DNA from: an uncultured Desulfatitalea sp.
Lineage (GTDB): Bacteria; Desulfobacterota; Desulfobacteria; Desulfobacterales; Desulfosarcinaceae
Length of the DNA: 64,000 bases
Reading direction: 5' to 3'
Assembly (NCBI GenBank): GCA_963668675.2
Contig: CAXXMB010000002.1
Span: 1,536,001-1,600,000 of the forward strand
Of the stretch, positions 1 through 10,309 are shown in pieces. The notes beneath the pieces are model-generated. The model searched no databases and was not told the DNA's origin. It saw only the letters and a program-made list of their open reading frames with translations. How positions within the stretch are numbered: position 1 is the stretch's first letter; every line of letters begins with the position of its first letter. Made by a program: the position numbers and the translations under genes.

Positions 1-349
1 AGATGATTTCGATGGTTTGAGGAAGTGCTCTTAGATTTTCGTCAAGCGGCTCTTTGAATGATTCCTCTACGATTTCACACAGAGCTGTTTTTATGCTCTT
101 TAAATCTCCGGATTTCACTCTATCAATCAGCTTTTTTCTGAGTTGGACTTGAAGCTCACTCAACGCATCCTCACTCATCTCTTCTGAAATGAAAAGCTGA
201 GGGCACTTATCTTCATGAAACCGCTTGAAATCAATTTCAGTATTTTCCGCCTTGTATAAAACGAAATTGCCGGCCGTATTTGTAATGTACAAAGGTGTTT
301 TTAAGTAATGATAAATTTGAGACCTTCTAATTGGTACAAAGCCGCTCAT
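1..349 (-). CDS. 5' part of a gene running off the window edge; probably the N-terminal region of an HD-GYP (c-di-GMP phosphodiesterase-type) protein
   Basis: ATG at 349 preceded by AGAGGTG RBS; open frame MSGFVPIRRSQIYHYLKTPLYITNTAGNFVLYKAE...ALPQTIEII to the edge. It resembles N-termini of deltaproteobacterial HD-GYP proteins, but the catalytic domain is not visible. Confidence 0.5.
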   Translation of the reverse strand, partial: MSGFVPIRRSQIYHYLKTPLYITNTAGNFVLYKAENTEIDFKRFHEDKCPQLFISEEMSEDALSELQVQLRKKLIDRVKSGDLKSIKTALCEIVEESFKEPLDENLRALPQTIEII

Positions 350-399
350 TTTTCACCTCTGGATAGAATAGCATAAGATCACGAAAAGAAAATGATGGT

Positions 400-1743
400 C
401 TATTGTGTGTCGCAGTTATCAGGGGCCTGGGGGAGGTATATATCCACCCGGGTTCCCTGATCGATTTTTGATTGTACTTTTATCCATCCGCCATGGTTAT
501 TGATAATACCGAACACCGCTGCCATGCTGAGCCCTCGCCCCTCGAATTTAGTGGAAAAAAATGGTTCAAAAATGCGACGTGCGGTTTCTGGGTCCATGCC
601 CCGACCATTATCCCGAACACTCAGACAAAGATATTTGCCGTCACGGGATTCTGAGTCATCATTCAACTGACTGCCTTCAACAGCCTTGGCGCTGATTGTG
701 ATTTTCCCGTCGTCTGCGGTGGCTTCGTTGGCATTTTCTACCACGGCCAGGATAACCATGCGAAGTTGAATGATGTCCACCTCGACTGAGATAGTTTCGT
801 CAGCCTCTTCGATTGAAATCGTCACCGAATTTTTTATCATTCTCTGAATAGCTGGACGGACGTCCTGTAAGATTTCTTTCAGGGATACCGTGCGCAATAT
901 GAATTGCCCTCCTTGCGCATATGCCAAAAGATTGTTGGTCAAATAACACAATCGCTCGGTAACCGGACGAATGTTTTCAATATAGCCTGCCTCTTTTGAA
1001 TCCGGTATTAAACTCATGGTTGCCAAATCAAGATATCCGATCATTGATGTTAAAGCATTGTTGAACTGGTGAGCAATGCCGCCAGCCAGCTTGGCGATGG
1101 TCTCCATGTGCTGCGTCTGCATGAGCTGCTTTTCATATCTCAGCAGGCGTTGATTTTTATCTTCGACCGATAATTCGAGCCCTCGAATTTCCTGTCTGAG
1201 CATGTTCGAGTAGTTCAAGCTTTCGATGCAATTGGATGCGTTGCGCAAAATGATCGATAGAATTTCCAGTGCGGCATCCGGCAGCCCACTTAACTGGGAA
1301 GGAAAGATCCCTATAAAAAGTCCCCTGATGCGAGAGCAGGTCGACAATACATGTAAAAAGACCTGTCTCCGGGCATTGTCGGAATATATTGATATGCCCC
1401 GTCTTTCACGAATCGCCCAGGCCACACTTCCATTTTCGATTAAATAACTGGACTCGTTTTCAATAATCGGCTCAACGTCGATTGGTGTGCAGGCAGCCAG
1501 TTTCAGGTCACCGGTTTCCTCTTCGACAAGGTAGATGCCACTGGCTTCGAATTCGATTAATTTTTCAATGCGCTCTGCTGCTTTCAGCACGACCATTTGG
1601 GTTGAACTTTGGCAACCAACTTCTTTCTGAAAATCTCCCAAAGAGAGGGCCAGTTCAATGGCATTGTGAATGAACAGCCGGCCCTTTTCATCTTCATTGG
1701 CGCGCTGTAACTGATTTTCATATTCTGTGATGGGCTCTGGCAT
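400..1743 (-). CDS. Cytoplasmic sensor histidine kinase with GAF-like N-terminal domain
   Basis: H-box LAGGIAHQFNNAL, N-box ENANEA, DNGRGM, FEPFFSTK, GRGLSM; no TM segments. Confidence 0.9.
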   Translation of the reverse strand: MPEPITEYENQLQRANEDEKGRLFIHNAIELALSLGDFQKEVGCQSSTQMVVLKAAERIEKLIEFEASGIYLVEEETGDLKLAACTPIDVEPIIENESSYLIENGSVAWAIRERRGISIYSDNARRQVFLHVLSTCSRIRGLFIGIFPSQLSGLPDAALEILSIILRNASNCIESLNYSNMLRQEIRGLELSVEDKNQRLLRYEKQLMQTQHMETIAKLAGGIAHQFNNALTSMIGYLDLATMSLIPDSKEAGYIENIRPVTERLCYLTNNLLAYAQGGQFILRTVSLKEILQDVRPAIQRMIKNSVTISIEEADETISVEVDIIQLRMVILAVVENANEATADDGKITISAKAVEGSQLNDDSESRDGKYLCLSVRDNGRGMDPETARRIFEPFFSTKFEGRGLSMAAVFGIINNHGGWIKVQSKIDQGTRVDIYLPQAPDNCDTQ

Positions 1744-1748
1744 GTCGA

Positions 1749-2972
1749 TTAGCCTTCAAAAATGACTTCGAGAGGCATCAGCTGTTGGGTTACCTGGCGA
1801 ACCACCGAATGAATCGCACTGGCTGAGATGCCGATTTGATCCAACACCGTTGAATCAGCGTATGGAACGGATTGTTCCCCGCTGCCGCCGATCCCCAGAC
1901 CATGTGCAATGATATCGGCCAATTGAATGATGCCGGACTTGATAGGGTCTGGTGACCTGGAAGGGGTGTGATGAAAGACGATGTTCGCCTCCAGCTCTGC
2001 CGGCAAGCGCCATTTCCTGATGAGGTGACGCCCGATTTGAGTGTGGTTGAGACCAATCACTTTTTTTTCAGTCTCATAAACGGTTTTGTCGGATGAGATG
2101 GCCAGATTGATCGCTTCCCGGGCATGCTCAGGATAATACTTGAATGTGATCAGCTTTCCGATGTCATGCAGCAACCCGGAAACAAACAGTTGTTCGGTGT
2201 CGGCCATGTTCTTTAATGCACCTAAAATACGTGCCACAAGTCCACATGCCAGACTATGGCGTAAAAAAGCCCTGGTATCCAAAAAATCCTTCGGAATGTC
2301 TTTGAATGCCTGCATGACGCAGATACCCAAGGCGACACTGGAAATCTGTTTCGTTCCAATTATGGTGACAGCTCTTGAGATGCGATCGATTTTCGTTGGA
2401 ATACCGTAAAAGGCAGAATTAACAATTTTTAGAATAACTGCAGATAAGCTGGGACTTTTGTTCACAACATTGGCGACATCATTCGATGTGGAATGATCAT
2501 CTGCGATGACCGTGTTTAGTTCTGAAATGATAAAGGGGGCTTCTGGCAACTTGGCATCTATCTTTTGAATTTGCTGGCCGATCTTTTTCTGTCGATCTAT
2601 CGATCCGTTGGCCTCAAGGGGAAGATGTTTTGGTGACGGGCAAAGTGACACATCCTGCTGGAGCCGATAGGTCAACGAAACACGATGTATTTCATTTAAA
2701 ATCGGATGATCACAGTCGAGATATTTGAATACGATATCGACAGCTTTTTCGACGCGGCTTTCTTTTTCCGGATCGCTTGGAGGGGTGCTTTTTATGGTGT
2801 CTTTTGCATCGCCTACAATATTGACTTCATTTATGCCCCAGATTTTTAATACACGAATATGCTTTGGTATGATTTTCTGGCCTTTGGATAGGAGCAAACG
2901 AGTATTGACATCAAGGACGTCCTCGCTCAACACCATGCCGGGTTCTAACTGATCGACTGCAATACAGGCCAT
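1749..2972 (-). CDS. HDOD domain protein
   Basis: ILKIVNSAFYG, HSLACG, GLLHDIGKL, HTQIG..W.LP, FHHTP motifs; N-terminal LEPGMVLSEDV..LLLSKG module. Confidence 0.92.
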   Translation of the reverse strand: MACIAVDQLEPGMVLSEDVLDVNTRLLLSKGQKIIPKHIRVLKIWGINEVNIVGDAKDTIKSTPPSDPEKESRVEKAVDIVFKYLDCDHPILNEIHRVSLTYRLQQDVSLCPSPKHLPLEANGSIDRQKKIGQQIQKIDAKLPEAPFIISELNTVIADDHSTSNDVANVVNKSPSLSAVILKIVNSAFYGIPTKIDRISRAVTIIGTKQISSVALGICVMQAFKDIPKDFLDTRAFLRHSLACGLVARILGALKNMADTEQLFVSGLLHDIGKLITFKYYPEHAREAINLAISSDKTVYETEKKVIGLNHTQIGRHLIRKWRLPAELEANIVFHHTPSRSPDPIKSGIIQLADIIAHGLGIGGSGEQSVPYADSTVLDQIGISASAIHSVVRQVTQQLMPLEVIFEG

Positions 2973-3050
2973 CCAACCGCCCCTGACGAATCATTGTTTT
3001 ATCGTGCATTTAACTAAACGTGCTGAAGCACCCACTATGTTATATCTATC

Positions 3051-3078
3051 TTATCGGCTGTGTTTTACGATTACTTGA
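3051..3078 (-). promoter_or_regulatory. Putative sigma28 (FliA) promoter for the HDOD/kinase/HD-GYP genes
   Basis: Minus strand TCAAG-N15-GCCGATAA, about 80 bp upstream of the HDOD start. Confidence 0.65.
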
Positions 3079-3191
3079 GATTAGAGACTAAAATTATTCT
3101 AAAAACAGATCATCAGGAATGCTCATAATTGGTAGTTTTGCAGTTTCGAAATCTGACGAAACGAAAATAAGGAGGGCAACTGAAAAGATAT

Positions 3192-3908
3192 CTATTTGGA
3201 AGGGCGCCTAAAGCTGCGATATTGCATTTCGAGATTGCCGATTTTAACTGTGTCTTGATGTTTAAGCCTGGTTGGCTTGTTTATCGTTATGCCGTTGACC
3301 TTGGTTTTCAGCTTCCCACCGATGTGTTCGATATCATAACCGTGCTGATTCTTTCTGATCCTCGCACTCGGCTTGCCCGCAAAAAACGCCAAAAAGCCGC
3401 CGATTTTTATTTTGTCGCTCTTGCCTTTCCCGATCGTTATTACATTTTCGATCAGATCATAATCTTCGCGCGCACCATTCAAGAAGAACAGGTAATTATA
3501 ATCGATCCAACCTGATTGGAATTCGTCTTTTTCCAACACCATGGTCTGATCGGATTCTCCTCGGGACATAGAGTTTGCGTTCAGCTCATTTTCCGTAGCT
3601 TCCATAGACAAGGATTCATATAGGTCCACAATTAAAATGTATCTACCAACTGAGATCCAGTCCTGATGGGCCAGTGTGCTTTCTGTGACGCGCTCATCAT
3701 TGACGAATGTACCGTTTTGGCTGCCCAAATCAGTTAGAGTTAACTGCTCATTCACCAGCCTGACGGCGGCATGATGCCCGGAGATGGACATATGGTCTAT
3801 AAAAATGTCATTGTCGGGATGACGTCCAATGGTTACTTGCTGTCCTGGTGTAATCCGATGTTTGCTGATAATTCTGTTGTTCATCGTCAGATACAAGCGG
3901 GCCATCAT
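3192..3908 (-). CDS. Tandem FHA-domain protein (second FHA degenerate)
   Basis: TIGRHPDNDI..SISGHHA..DLGSQNGTFVN; second domain ITIGKG..TKVNG..LKHQDTVKIG; GGAGG RBS. Confidence 0.9.
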   Translation of the reverse strand: MMARLYLTMNNRIISKHRITPGQQVTIGRHPDNDIFIDHMSISGHHAAVRLVNEQLTLTDLGSQNGTFVNDERVTESTLAHQDWISVGRYILIVDLYESLSMEATENELNANSMSRGESDQTMVLEKDEFQSGWIDYNYLFFLNGAREDYDLIENVITIGKGKSDKIKIGGFLAFFAGKPSARIRKNQHGYDIEHIGGKLKTKVNGITINKPTRLKHQDTVKIGNLEMQYRSFRRPSK

Positions 3909-3963
3909 GCCTCCAATGTCAGATTATGGTTTCACGGAGGTGCTTAAAAAGCTTCCTGTCTAT

Positions 3964-5664
3964 TCATTCGGCTAAATTTGTCTGACCTTTAAGAAAAATC
4001 ATTTGAAATTTCGAACCGATGCCTTCTTTGGATTTGAATGTCAATTTGCCACCTGCTTTTTCAACGAACTTTTGTACCATTGCCAGACCCAGACCAGTTC
4101 CTTTTGTTCCTTTGGTCGTAAAAAACAGATCGAGCACTTTATCCATTTTCGAGGAGGGGATGCCACATCCATTGTCAATGACACTTACCGTCAAACACCG
4201 ATTCGCTGTAACTTCGGTGCTGATTCGAATCTTGCCCCGTATTTTGTCGCTTACTGCATCGGCTGCATTGATGACAAGGTTCAATAAGGCTCGTTGAAAT
4301 TGGATCTCATCTATTACCCATACTGGGTTATCGGCTGACAGGACAAATTCAAAAGAGATTCTTTCGTGAGAAAACCGTCTCTCTAATGAATGACGATATT
4401 TTATAATCGCCTTGTTAATATCGGTTGGTGTATTTAGAAACTGCTCTTCTTTCACATAATCCAATATGTCGGCGGACAGTTGATTGATGCCTGAAAGGCC
4501 TTGCTGCATCCATTGCCAGTACTTTTCAATTTGGTCATCCCCAGTCTTGGCAATATGATTCTCCATTAGCTGGGAGGCGCTCTGGTTAAGGGCTATCAGG
4601 TTTTTGATATTGTGAGCCAAGTTGCCTATGGTTAGGCCGATTCCGGCCATGCGTTCGTTTTTCAGCGCTTTAGCCTGGAAGTGTATATTGTCTATATTCA
4701 GTGCTAATTCATTCGCCACAGCAGACGCAAAGGTCGCATCGTCAGTGGTCAGTGGTGCAATCAAATTGTCAGACTGGGCATAGAGCAGTCCAAGGACATC
4801 GTTCTTTCCAGTTAAAGGCACACAGATGATAGATCGCAGATTTTGAATTCTTATTGAATCTGAATCCTTGAATCTCAGATCCTTGCTTACATCTTGACTC
4901 ACCAAGGTTATTTTCTCTGAAAGCACCCAGTCGAATAGCGTTCGGCTTACGGGGACTTCATTCTTATTTGCGTTATGATCTCCATTCAATTTAGAAGCGA
5001 CGATTTTGTAGGATCCCTCAGAATTTGACTTTGCCACGATTAAAGTGCAATTGGCTGATGGGATGGCTTCGATTATGAGGTCAAGCCCTTTTTTATAAAT
5101 CTTGTCTGTCTCATTGATCGTGCGGAGATCATCACTAAGCTGATAGAGCATCGAAAGCCGTTTATAAGCTAACTTGTCGGGCTCAATGGATTGCGTAGGG
5201 ACTGATGGAGCTGATTTTTGCAAAAAAACCCGAGCGGCCTGTTCTGTGTTTTGAGCCCATAATTCATTGAGCTTTATCTCTCCTTTACTGATCACAATGG
5301 TATCCGTTGCCGAGACGGAAGGATCAATCAAAAGATCATCAGAGGTTTCCGGCTGCAACAAGAATAGAAACGTTCGAGTGCCGACTCGGATTTTGTCGTG
5401 GCTGTTGAGGGTCGCTTTTTGTATGGGTTTCCCATTGAGGTAGGTACCGTTTTGAGAATCCAAATCTTCGATTAAAAAACGTGCATTTTCGCAGGTGATG
5501 ACAGCATGCTGACGAGAAACCGTCTTGCCTGCAATTTTGATACTGCCGTTTGGATCCCTGCCGATAAACGTTTGTTGACCCTCAATTAATATTGGCCTGG
5601 AAAAAGACTCGATGGGATAGGGTATCAGATACGCTTCTAACTTGTTATGATTCCGTCCATTCAC
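3964..5664 (-). CDS. FHA-GAF-histidine kinase
   Basis: FIGRDP..VSRQHA..DLDSQNGTYLNG (FHA); SIICVPL..VLGLLY (GAF); LAHNIKN, NLVINAADA, DNGCGI, FFTTKG, GTGLGL. Start uncertain (GTG 5664; frame open to 5709). Confidence 0.88.
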   Translation of the reverse strand: MNGRNHNKLEAYLIPYPIESFSRPILIEGQQTFIGRDPNGSIKIAGKTVSRQHAVITCENARFLIEDLDSQNGTYLNGKPIQKATLNSHDKIRVGTRTFLFLLQPETSDDLLIDPSVSATDTIVISKGEIKLNELWAQNTEQAARVFLQKSAPSVPTQSIEPDKLAYKRLSMLYQLSDDLRTINETDKIYKKGLDLIIEAIPSANCTLIVAKSNSEGSYKIVASKLNGDHNANKNEVPVSRTLFDWVLSEKITLVSQDVSKDLRFKDSDSIRIQNLRSIICVPLTGKNDVLGLLYAQSDNLIAPLTTDDATFASAVANELALNIDNIHFQAKALKNERMAGIGLTIGNLAHNIKNLIALNQSASQLMENHIAKTGDDQIEKYWQWMQQGLSGINQLSADILDYVKEEQFLNTPTDINKAIIKYRHSLERRFSHERISFEFVLSADNPVWVIDEIQFQRALLNLVINAADAVSDKIRGKIRISTEVTANRCLTVSVIDNGCGIPSSKMDKVLDLFFTTKGTKGTGLGLAMVQKFVEKAGGKLTFKSKEGIGSKFQMIFLKGQTNLAE

Positions 5665-5965
5665 GTGCAACCCTTTGCAACTCGACTGGATATGGCGCTG
5701 CAAACACAAATAGATTAGATGTCTATTTTTAAATATTTTTAAATTTGCTCCTCAAATTGTCAAGTACCATAATTTTAAACAGCACCTATGAAACTTCGTA
5801 ATAAAAGTTGGACTATTTAAGCCTTGACAAGAAAAAGCTGAGAATCCAAAATATTAGTATAAGTTTCAAGATATTAATGGAAACCGTGAGCGGTGATTCG
5901 CTCCTCGATGAATAGCTTTCTTTCATAGTAAAATACTATGGATGCTGCATTTGACCGCATTCTGA

Positions 5966-8833
5966 ATGCAAAGGCACATGGATATTCCTAACCAAATCTA
6001 CAGCAGCCGCGTGTTTCAAACCTACCTGGACTATTTAGATCTGGCTCATCCGAATCTCAGATCTCAAGACATTCTTGAGTACGCCGGTATGACGCGTGAT
6101 GAGGTCGCCGATTCAGCGCACTGGTTTTCCCAGGTACAGGCTGATCGATTCTATCAGATTATTGTTGAAAAGACCGGAGATCCGGACATTGCGCGCAAAG
6201 CCGGCCGTTTCGGTGCGTCATCGAAAGGATTGGCGTTAACTCAGCAGTATGTAACCGGCCTGATGAACACCGAAACCGCTTTGCTCTCCATAGCAAAGAT
6301 AATCTCTTTGTTTACCAAGGGCGCCACCGTCGAGGCAAAGCGATTGGCCCCGGGCAAGGTTGAAATCATATCTACCCCCAATTCAGACGTCGAAGAAAAG
6401 CCCTACCAGTGCGAGAACCGTCTGGGGTCCTTCGAGGCCGTGCCGAAATTGTTTACGAATGTTTATGGTCATGTCGAGCACCCCCGTTGTTTTCACAGGG
6501 GCGAAGGCGCTTGCCACTACATTATCTCTTGGGATGATCCACAATCATTGAGACTGAAACTTTGGCGCAATTATGCATTGATTGGCGCCACCGTTTTGGC
6601 AGTGATCCTGTGTTGGTTTCTGCCGGCAGAGTCCCTGGAGTTTCTTCTGATCTCTTTATTCTGCCTTGTCGTAGGGATATCACTTGCATATGCCCACATA
6701 AAAATAAAAGAGCTTGAAAAAATTATCGAGCACAGTCACTCAACGGCTGAAGAGCGGATTGAAGTAGCGAACACCAACTACAACAATTCTTTGCTTGTCC
6801 AGGAGATTGGACAGGCTACCGCTGCTATTCTCAATGTGGAAGACTTGATGAGCAAGGTCGCCACTTTGATGTATCAGCGGTTGAGTTTTGATCGGGGCCT
6901 CATCATGCTGGCCGATCAAGCCAAGACCCGTCTTGTATATACCTCTGGATACGGATATTCTCCCCAGGAAGAAGAGTATTTACGCCAAACAAGCTTTCAT
7001 TTAGACAACCCCGATTCTAAAGGCTTTTTCGTCAGGTCATTTTGGGATAAAGGACACCTTATCATCACCAACGCAGATGAAATGGCCGATGTGCTGTCAG
7101 AAAAAAGCAGACACCTATTAGAGTCTTTCGGCGTGCGCTCGCTGATGTGCATCCCCATCATATATAAAGATGAGCCGCTTGGTATTTTGGCGGTGGATAA
7201 CATAAACTCGATAAGACCCCTTAAAAAGAGCGATATCAATCTGCTTGAAGGGATTGCATCGCATATCGCCATTGGCATCAACAATGCCCGGTCCTTTCAG
7301 AAGCTCGAGGAGAGCGAAAACAGATATCGCCAAACGCTCGAAAGCATTGAAGAGGGGTACTTTGAGATCGATTTGAAACAGCGGCTTTTATTCGCTAACA
7401 AGGCGTTTAGCGAGATTGTCTGCCAGCCACTGGATCATCTTCCGTCGTCCGCATTCGCGAGTTTTTTCAGCCCGGATTCGATCAGACAATTACATCATCT
7501 ATTCGAACAAGTTATTGATACCAGAAGTCCGGTACGGTTTGCCCAGCTGGAATTATCGACAAGCAAAGGGGAAAAGCGCCCCGTGGACCTGTCGGTTTCT
7601 TTGATCGAGGGGAAAGATGGACTCTCTTCGGGGTTTAGGGGCTTCTTGCGTGATGCAAGAGACAGAATACGGTTGGAAATGGATCGAAAGGAGTTGGAAA
7701 AAAAGTTAAAGCATGCTCAGAAAATGGAATCCATCGGGACCTTGGCAGGCGGCATTGCCCACAATTTCAACAATTGGCTGGCGGGCATAATGGGCAACGC
7801 AAGCCTGATCAAAATGGACGTCAAAGAACATGCTAAGGTGTTGGAGCGGGTGAATCGGATAGAGCACATTATTGAAAATGCAGCCAAGATGAACAGACAG
7901 CTGCTGAGTTATGCTCGAGGTGGAAATTATGAGGTTAAACCGACCGATTTAAATGAAGTGATCAGTGAGGTTTCTTACACGTTCTCGGAGGCTAAAAAAG
8001 ATGTCGTCGTAACGTTGCAACTTGATCCGGATTTGTTTACCGTCAATGCAGACAGAGGTCAGGTCGAGCAGGTGTTGTGGAACCTTTATGCCAATGCAAT
8101 TGACGCGATGCCGGCTGGTGGGAACTTCACGATTTGTACGGCCAATGTCACGTCTGAAAAGATCGATGATCGATATCAAGGCGTCCCATTGGGGAATTAT
8201 GTTGAACTTAGTTGTTCAGATACCGGTACCGGAATTTCGATGGAACACATCGAAAGCATTTTCGAACCTTTTTTTACAACCAAAAATGGAAAGGGCACTG
8301 GTCTTGGATTGGCTTCGTGCTATGGCATCGTAAAGGCTCACAAAGGCTATATCGATGTCGCGTCGAAAGAGGGGAAAGGCAGTACCTTTTACATCTATTT
8401 GCCTGCAGTCATGGATCCTGACGGGGTGAAACACGAAGCCACCGCTACAGTCCAAAAAGGATCTGGGACTGTGTTGATTGTAGATGACGATATAATGGTG
8501 CTCGAGTCGAGTGAGGCAATTCTAACCAGACTGGGGTATGATGCTTTCGGTGCAATCAGCGGTGAAGAGGCCTTGGATAAGTATGCCAAGAGTCTCGATA
8601 AGATAGATGTGGTTATCATCGATATGATTATGCCTGGTATGAGTGGTGGTGAACTCTATACCCGGTTAAAAGAGCTTAAACCGGATATTAAGGTTCTGTT
8701 GTGTAGCGGATATAGTCTGAATCAGAATATACAGGCCTTTTTGGATCAGGGTTGCCAAGGATTTTTGCAAAAGCCTTTCAGTGTAGGGAAACTTTCGGAA
8801 GCCATAAAGAATGTTTTGATTGGTGCTCATTGA
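5966..8833 (+). CDS. Hybrid sensor kinase: V4R-like N-terminal domain, 2 TM, GAF, PAS, HisKA/HATPase, receiver
   Basis: IGTLAGGIAHNFNN, NLYANAIDAM, FEPFFTTK, GTGLGL; receiver VLIVDDD..DMIMPGMSG..KPF; hydrophobic hairpin near aa 204-245. Confidence 0.92.
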   Translation: MQRHMDIPNQIYSSRVFQTYLDYLDLAHPNLRSQDILEYAGMTRDEVADSAHWFSQVQADRFYQIIVEKTGDPDIARKAGRFGASSKGLALTQQYVTGLMNTETALLSIAKIISLFTKGATVEAKRLAPGKVEIISTPNSDVEEKPYQCENRLGSFEAVPKLFTNVYGHVEHPRCFHRGEGACHYIISWDDPQSLRLKLWRNYALIGATVLAVILCWFLPAESLEFLLISLFCLVVGISLAYAHIKIKELEKIIEHSHSTAEERIEVANTNYNNSLLVQEIGQATAAILNVEDLMSKVATLMYQRLSFDRGLIMLADQAKTRLVYTSGYGYSPQEEEYLRQTSFHLDNPDSKGFFVRSFWDKGHLIITNADEMADVLSEKSRHLLESFGVRSLMCIPIIYKDEPLGILAVDNINSIRPLKKSDINLLEGIASHIAIGINNARSFQKLEESENRYRQTLESIEEGYFEIDLKQRLLFANKAFSEIVCQPLDHLPSSAFASFFSPDSIRQLHHLFEQVIDTRSPVRFAQLELSTSKGEKRPVDLSVSLIEGKDGLSSGFRGFLRDARDRIRLEMDRKELEKKLKHAQKMESIGTLAGGIAHNFNNWLAGIMGNASLIKMDVKEHAKVLERVNRIEHIIENAAKMNRQLLSYARGGNYEVKPTDLNEVISEVSYTFSEAKKDVVVTLQLDPDLFTVNADRGQVEQVLWNLYANAIDAMPAGGNFTICTANVTSEKIDDRYQGVPLGNYVELSCSDTGTGISMEHIESIFEPFFTTKNGKGTGLGLASCYGIVKAHKGYIDVASKEGKGSTFYIYLPAVMDPDGVKHEATATVQKGSGTVLIVDDDIMVLESSEAILTRLGYDAFGAISGEEALDKYAKSLDKIDVVIIDMIMPGMSGGELYTRLKELKPDIKVLLCSGYSLNQNIQAFLDQGCQGFLQKPFSVGKLSEAIKNVLIGAH

Positions 8834-8878
8834 CTTAAATACTCTTCTTTTAACAGATTGCTGAGGATTTCAATTTAA

Positions 8879-9904
8879 ATGGACCAAAATACCACAGACG
8901 ACTCAAAGAGTTTGGTTCGCATTGTGCTACCGATGATGGCCAGACACCAAGTGCCGATTACGCCTCAAAATTATGCTGTTTGGTATGCCTATGCCAATGG
9001 AGATAATAGCGAGCTTCAGAAAACGCTCGATACAATGATAGAAAATGGGGATCGTTTTACCGATCAGCAAAATGAGAAGCTTTGTGCAGAATTTGGATTT
9101 AGCTCCGAGGCGAACGAAATCAAAAAACTTCGGGATGAATTGTTGCAACTGCTGTTATCCATTTTGAATGACATCTCCGAGATTAATGGGGAAACTGCCC
9201 ATTATGAATCGTTTTTATCCAATTCCGTCGAATCACTTTCGAAGGACCCTTCGATTGAAGACCTTAAGTTTATTGTCGAATGCATCCTTTCGGAAACAAA
9301 GGCGATAATTGAATTTGGGAAAACTGCGCAGAGAAAAATTCAAAACATAACGAGCGAATTAAAAGTCCTGAAAGAAAATTTTGAACAAACGCGCACCGAA
9401 GCCTTAATGGACTTTCTAACCGGTGTCGCTAACCGAAAGGCGTTCGAGGAGGAGTTAACCAAGCTGACCATCGAGGCTGATGCATTAATGAAAGAATTGT
9501 GTCTTTTGGTAATCGATATCGATCATTTTAAGCAATTTAATGATCAGCATGGTCATGCCGTGGGCGATGAAGTGCTGAGATTTACGGCGCAGAAATTGAA
9601 AAGTCAGGTCAGAGGCAATGATTTTGTGGCCAGAACCGGTGGAGAGGAGTTCGCCATTCTTTTGCCTGAGACGACATTGAGCGGCGCCGAAGCAGTTGCC
9701 GAAAACATCAGGGCTTTCTTTTCGACAGCGAGCCTCAAGACTTCAGGTGGCGAAAAAAGCTTGGGACGGATAACGGTATCCATTGGTGGTTCAAAATATC
9801 GGAGGGGTGAGACAACGAAATCCTTTGTCCAAAGAGCCGATACAGCCATGTACTCTGCGAAGACGGCAGGTAGGGACCGGTTTAGAATGGCCGTTGATCT
9901 GTAG
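8879..9904 (+). CDS. Diguanylate cyclase (GGDEF), cytoplasmic
   Basis: DFLTGVANR, DIDHFKQFNDQHGHAVGD, RGND I-site, RTGGEEF. Confidence 0.95.
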   Translation: MDQNTTDDSKSLVRIVLPMMARHQVPITPQNYAVWYAYANGDNSELQKTLDTMIENGDRFTDQQNEKLCAEFGFSSEANEIKKLRDELLQLLLSILNDISEINGETAHYESFLSNSVESLSKDPSIEDLKFIVECILSETKAIIEFGKTAQRKIQNITSELKVLKENFEQTRTEALMDFLTGVANRKAFEEELTKLTIEADALMKELCLLVIDIDHFKQFNDQHGHAVGDEVLRFTAQKLKSQVRGNDFVARTGGEEFAILLPETTLSGAEAVAENIRAFFSTASLKTSGGEKSLGRITVSIGGSKYRRGETTKSFVQRADTAMYSAKTAGRDRFRMAVDL

Positions 9905-9984
9905 ATGGGCAATCGATCTTTTGATAGTCAGAACTTATTCATGGCCGGAATTCATCTATACCAAGCAGTTTTCGTTTTACCAAA

Positions 9985-10203
9985 TCATCCAGTTACTATG
10001 ATCGATTTTGCTTTTTCCATTTGATTCGGAAACAAATCTGCCGGGACCTTAGGCTTGCCAAGTTTTTTAAAAACCATAAATCTGGCACATTGGGTATTGT
10101 CGCCCTTACAGTATTTTTTCTTCATCGATTCTGCAAGTTGAGGCATATTTGCCATTTTGTCATTAAAAAATACACAACCTGCTACACATTCGCACTCAGC
10201 CAT
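9985..10203 (-). CDS. Small Cys-rich conserved hypothetical protein (putative metal-binding)
   Basis: 72 aa with CECVAGCVFF..YCKGDNTQCAR..VPADLFPN; AAGGTG RBS. Confidence 0.75.
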   Translation of the reverse strand: MAECECVAGCVFFNDKMANMPQLAESMKKKYCKGDNTQCARFMVFKKLGKPKVPADLFPNQMEKAKSIIVTG

Positions 10204-10309
10204 TTTTGCACCTTTCTTTAAAAAGCTTTCGTATTTTCTAATAATTAATCAAAGTGTTGCGACGATTTTAAATTCTCCCATTTTCCCATTTTGGGTTTTG
10301 ATGAATTGA

